Made by a program: the position numbers and the translations under genes. 64,000 nt of DNA. Origin: Macrostomum lignano. Taxonomy: Eukaryota. The DNA lies in assembly GCA_002269645.1 (NCBI GenBank), contig NIVC01002006.1:149759-213758 (forward strand), read 5' to 3'. Positions 58,626-64,000 of this stretch are shown piece after piece (positions within the stretch are counted from its first letter, which is position 1; each line of letters begins with the position of its first letter). The notes under the pieces were generated by a model. It ran no database searches, was not told the DNA's origin, and saw only the letters and a list, made by a program, of their open reading frames with translations.

Positions 58626-60304
58626 TCGATTCTAATAGATATTGATGTGTACCAAACAGATACTAGGCCTAATGTGAGATAGGAATCCTTTCCGCTTACA
58701 GAACTGTGGTTTCACAACGAGATTACACAATAATGATACCAATTTTGACAGATTGTGACAGATTCTGACAGTTTGTAAGAAACTGAATATAATAATAGCT
58801 ATTTTCTTTAAATAGAACATTCAGTTGCACTCTTCTGCGGCTGTTAATAAAGCGCAATAAAATTTATTAAAAATGCACTTCTTCTTATTCAAATTTTTGG
58901 AATTATGTCCGCAAAATTTTAATGACTCTCACAATAGATTAGGCCGTTCATTTTTGTTGAAAAGAGAATACCGGCCCTTTAAATTGACGTTAGGGTTTAA
59001 GCTGGGGTAGGGCTCATGTACATGATTGTGCGGTTACATTTGCGGTTTGCGGTTTGCGGTTAGATTATTAATTAAGATTAGCAACGCGCCTGCTCTGTAC
59101 ATATATGCGTATTCTAGTGGGTATCGTAGCTACTTGTATGTGAATATATTACGGCACTATTGTATAAGCTATTACTATTATAAGCTGCATGATTCCCTCT
59201 TGATCCCGGCCGCGGCTCGGAAGATTGAAAAGCAAATCTAAATCTAATTGATTTGATCGAATGAACGCGATGAATTTCAGATTCTATAGGCTTTCCCAAT
59301 GTATAGGGAGCATTATGGACATCTGCTAAAGTCAAAGGTACATGCCCAGTGAAAAAAGCCTCGCGATTTGAATGCCTCGGCCTCGGTTTGCCGATCCCGC
59401 CAGTAATTGAAATATGTACTATATTTGCGTATCATTTACTGACAGTAGTAACTTGAAACCTTATAGGAACGCAATTATTTTCTGAAGTTCGGTGTACACA
59501 TGTACATGTAAGAATTAACCGCGGGAGGAATAGCGAATCCTAATCGGAAAAGAGATGACCATACATGTACATATAATAGGTCCATATAGCTGGTGTGTAC
59601 GACCGTCAGTTTGAGCTGGAGGTGGGATATAAAGGATTAAATTTGTCTCCTCCTTGACTGAATGTACTGCGGTGCGGCATTCAAGCGACGTCGTCCGCAA
59701 CCTGCCTACTACATTATAGCCGCTAGCACGGCATCGTAACGGGATTGGCTAGGTTGTGTGGGAATCCCTACTCAAAACCATGTGGGATTGTGCAATAAAT
59801 TCTAGACTATTAGGGAAATAAATGTACGTGTAGGAAACTAAATTGGCAGTCACAATCAATGTCGACTGAATCCAATTAACAAGTAGCTACATGTGTACCC
59901 CTCCTTGCAGCAACAGAAACCCTCAGGCACCATCAGGCAACCCCCCGGGCAATAAAAAATGACGTGGCTGACTTGACTTGACCTTCGCAATTATTCCAAT
60001 TTCCGTTCTGGTGCTAAGGTCTAAAGATCTAATTAAGATATTAAGCTAAGTGTCCACGGGCTCGACGATCGAGTACAAAGACGTATGGAGATGAGCTTTT
60101 CTAGCAGGACCGAAATCAACAGAGTTAACATTTCAGACCGACAGTAAGTAAAAATTCCCATTCATATCGATCGCACTGTAAATTTTTCATCGTAATCGTG
60201 GCTGTCAAAATCAATGCAATGTACTGCAATGCGATCTTTTCGACACTTTGTGCAGTAAGCTTTTGCAGTGTTGTTCTGCTAGGCGGGAACCCCTACATGT
60301 AGCT

Positions 60305-60760
60305 GTCTCTTGGTGGGCGGCCCCGTGTCTCTTGGTGGGGCGCCCCTGTCAGTGGCGTAGCCAGGAATTTCAATTGGGGGGGGGCGGGTTGGCCTGGCTG
60401 ACCAGCCTTATGCCATTGCCACTTTTGGCGCCGCAGGCACTCATTTTGGCGCCGCAGGCACTCATTTTGGCGCCGCAGGCACTCATTTTGGCGCCGCAGC
60501 AGGCACTCATTTTGGCGCCGCAGGCACTCAATTGCCTCATGGTTTTTGGTACCCGCCGCACTCAACCCAACCCCCCCCCCAGGCGATTGGATTTGGTACG
60601 CCACTGGCCCCTGTCTCTTGGTGGGCGCCCCTGTGTCTTGGTGGGCGCCCCTGTCTCTTGGTGGGCGCCCCTGTCTCTTGGTGGGCGCCCCTGTCTCTTG
60701 GTGGGCGCCCCTGTCTCTTGGTGGGCGCCCCTGTCTCTTGGTGGGCGCGCCCCTGTGCCT
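60305..60760. repeat. 20-bp minisatellite interrupted by a MITE
   Basis: Unit GCCCCTGTCTCTTGGTGGGC. Confidence 0.93.
60350..60606. mobile_element. hAT-type MITE (257 bp) with perfect 8-bp TSD
   Basis: TIR CAGTGGCGTA / TACGCCACTG; GCCCCTGT at 60342-60349 and 60607-60614; internal 21-bp repeats. Confidence 0.92.
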
Positions 60761-61214
60761 GTCTTGGAGAAGAGCAATTTTTATTGGTGCGATTGGGGGG
60801 AGAGGCCACAGCCCCTCCTGTCCCTCCTCTGCGTACGCTACCGACGTCGTATAAACGTACACGCAGTGTACGCGGTGGCAAGGAAGACTTTGCAGCCCTG
60901 CCCTCGACTGACACAGCCATGACAGGTTACAGGCACGTATGGTATAGTCAGACTGGGGCAGACATGCATAGACAGAAGAACACTAAGAGTATTATTCAAG
61001 CAGCAATTAATCGCAGGGCTGTACATGTACAAGCTACGCTACCGGACAGACATTCACAACTTACACAAAAGCTAGGGGTACGGTACGTTTTTCTCACTCA
61101 ACATTAAGCCTGCTAGAAGACCTTGGCTGTCACCTGCGACTGTTAGATAGTACCAGTTAGTTAGTGCAGAAATCAAAGCTTACACCCTTGCTGAAGCAGA
61201 CTGCAGCTGAGAGA

Positions 61215-64000
61215 ATGGCAGTTTCAACTAGCCTAGTGTTAGCCGGCGGTGCCGCAGCCCTGGGACTGTACTGGTACGGCCGGAAGCGGCTGGAGGACGG
61301 CAGGGAGCCTCCGTCAGTTGGTCGCTACCCTCTGGTTGGCAGCATGCGCCACATCCGCGAGCCGCTGTACCTCTGGCTGTACGAGAACTTCGGCTCGGAG
61401 CCCGTCGTTCGAGTGCACTTCGGCACCCAGTGCGTCTACGTGTTCAACAAGTTTTCCGCATTCAAGGAGGCCATGGTGGACAACGCCGACCAGTTGTCGG
61501 ACGTCCGAGCCAAAAGCTCACCGCCGTCTGTTCGGCGACATCGGCGGCATTGTGGCTTCGGACGGCGAGGTGTGGCGCGAGTACCGTCGCTTCACGTTGA
61601 AGACGCTGCGCGACTTCGGCTTCGGCCGACGCGGCGCCGAGGAAATCATCGCCGTTGAGGCGGAGCACCTGCGGCAGACGCTCGACGAAGCGGCTGGGAA
61701 GCCGGTGGAAACTTCGGTGCTGTTGAGCACGGTGACCAGCAACATCATCTGCCAGCTGGTGTTCGGCTCTCGGCTGGCCTCGGAGGACGAGAAGTTCGGA
61801 GAAATCCTCGAAGTGTTCCGCAAGATTACACACAACGAAGATACGAACTCGGCTAACGCGATGTTTCTGACGCTGATGCCAGTGATCGAGAGATTTCCTT
61901 TCATTGCCGATCTGCTGTTCAAAACGCCGGCTTCCAAGGCTGCCATTGACGATTTTTTGAGACTGCAGAGCTACTGCAACGAACAGCGGGACAGGCACAT
62001 TGCCGAGATGGAGGGCGTCGATAGAGCCAGGTGAGTTTATGGAGGAATTTTTCAACCGATGAATGTCGCTGTTTAATCCAACGACGAGTTTTACACAAGG
62101 ACCACGAACAGTACAGTACAGATATGTACCTGATCATAAGAAGTGCAGTTTCTCGTCAGACCCGTAAATTTAAAACCAAGGACCACTAACAGTATACATG
62201 TACTTTAGTAGTATACTTTTGATGATCATGTGCATATCTGTGGATGAGGCACATAAATCTCTGATGATACTGAGGTGCATGTCTGTCGATGACGTACTGT
62301 TACTTTGTCTGACAATGAGGTACATCTGAAAGAGGTGCAGGGTCAATAATATGGCACATAAACATGCACATGCTCAGCAATAGTGGCCCATAACGCACTC
62401 TATCTGACTTAGTATTCTCAAGAAATATCTGTAGTATCTGTAGTATATGTACTTTTGTTACATATACTTCCATGTACATTTACCTGTACATGTATAGGCA
62501 GCCTGCCTGTGAAAAACGTTACCACACAGAGACTATATCGAGGCGCACCTGTTGTACCAGCGCGACCAGCCCGAAATGTTCAACAACACCCGTCTGACCA
62601 TGGCCGTCAGCGACCTGTTCGTTGCTGGCACCGACACCACGGCCAACACGCTTCGCTGGGCGATCCTCTACATGATTGACAACCCGGATGTCTGCGAGAA
62701 AGTGCACAAAGAGGTTGTGAAGGCCATTGGAAACGACCGGCTGGCCACTATGCAGGACAAAGCAGCACTGCCGTACACTCAGGTTGGGAGAAAATTGCCA
62801 GTAACTCGATGTAGAGGCGCGGGCCATTTCCCATATTATCTAGCTAAATACAAGATTTAATGACTGATGCATGACTGCGGTGACTTAATTTCCAGGAACT
62901 GTTTTGTTGTGATGACCGATGCTTTTGAGCATGCGTTAAATGGTACGCCTGTGTACCTGTGCCTAAATGATTTGTTAAAGCAGGTGATGTCGGTTGTCAG
63001 ATGATTCCCTCAAACAGGCAATGTTCATAAGCCATCTTCAAAAAGACGATGTCTTCGACCGAGGTCCACACCATGTTCTCTAAGCAGGCATGTCCTCGTT
63101 TCAGATGATGTTCTCTAAGTAGGTAATGTCCTCGTCTCAGATGATGTTCTCTAAGCAGGTAATGTCCTCGTCTCAGATGATGTCTTCGAAGCAGGCATGT
63201 CCTCGTCTCAGATGATGTTCTCTAAGCAGGTAATGTCCTCGTCTCAGATAATGTTCTCTAAGCAGGTAATGTCCTCGTCTCAGATGATGTCTTCGAAGCA
63301 GGCATGTCCTCGTCTCAGATGATGTTCTCTAAGCAGGTAATGTCCTCGTCTCAGATGATGTTCTCTAAGCAGGTAATGTCCTCGTCTCAGATGATGTTCT
63401 CTAAGCAGGTAATGTCCTCGTCTCAGATGATGTTCTCTAAGCAGGTAATGTCCTCGTCTCAGATGATGTCTTCGAAGCAGGCATGTCCTCGTCTCAGATG
63501 ATGTTCTCTAAGCAGGTAATGTCCTCGTCTCAAATGATGTTCTCTAAGCAGGTAATGTCCTCGTCTCAGATGATGTTCTCTAAGCAGGTAATGTCCTCGT
63601 CTCAGATGATGTCTTCGAAGCAGGCAATGTCCTCGTTTCAGATGATGTCCTCTCATGTCCCTCGCTCAACAATGTCCTTCATTTTCAAGGCCGTGATCGA
63701 AGAAGTCAACCGCAAAGCCAGCCTCGCCCCAATGGGAGTTTTCCACCGAGTTGTGGACGAAGTCACTCTGGCCAACAGTGGCGGCTGGAAGCTTCAGCCA
63801 GACAGCATCTGCACCTTCAACACGTACGCCATCTACCACGACCCGGCGGTGTTCCCGCAGCCAGAGAAGTTTCTGCCGGAGCGGCACCTGAAGGAGGACG
63901 GGCAGTTCGCGGCCAGCCGCACCTGTCCACCTTCGGCCTGGGCAAGAGGGCCTGCCTTGGCGAGAGTCTGGCCCGCATGGAGCTGCTGGTGTTCTTCGTG
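61215..64000 (+). CDS. Cytochrome P450 (CYP2 clan), 3'-partial, three 1-bp frameshifts; exons 61215-62030, 62530-62782, 63690 to beyond 64000
   Basis: Membrane anchor and PPS..RYPLVG; WREYRRF (WxxxR); DLFVAGTDTT (I helix); EEVNR (ExxR); HDP..FP.PEKFLPER; FGLGKRACLGESLARMEL (heme Cys). Frame breaks at about 61502, 61522 and 63918. Confidence 0.9.
62985..63650 (+). repeat. 36-bp minisatellite in P450 intron 2 carrying sense-strand splice signals
   Basis: Unit AAGCAG-GTAATGTCCTCGTCTCAG-ATGATGTTCTCT; 11 units retain AG|GTAATG. Confidence 0.95.

Overview
Eukaryotic (metazoan) genomic DNA. GC-rich exons, GT-AG introns filled with private minisatellites and a two-domain small HSP suggest a flatworm such as Macrostomum; this is an inference. 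Nine protein-coding genes were reconstructed by hand with phase-consistent splice sites: a PLA2G15/LCAT-family lipase (+), DDX55 (-), ALG10 (-), a two-alpha-crystallin-domain small HSP (-), a C-type lectin (+), a tetraspanin (+, first exon not found), a TIS11/ZFP36-type tandem CCCH protein (-), PDAP1 (-) and a CYP2-clan cytochrome P450 (+, three 1-bp frameshifts, runs off the window). DNA transposons are dense and often nested: (i) a 3.5-kb foldback/Pack-like TIR element with a perfect TSD that carries non-LTR and Harbinger cargo; (ii) a 6.9-kb Harbinger-like shell containing a head-to-head pair of internally deleted Harbingers; (iii) several MITEs with exact TSDs. The most unusual signals are intronic minisatellites whose units carry sense-strand splice signals (a ratchet-point-like CAG|GTAATG array in the P450 intron and duplicated donors in the tetraspanin) and an in-frame, stop-free (GTCT)n intron. 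No CRISPR array, rRNA or bona fide tRNA is supported. Most long ORFs in the supplied track are artefacts of tandem repeats.
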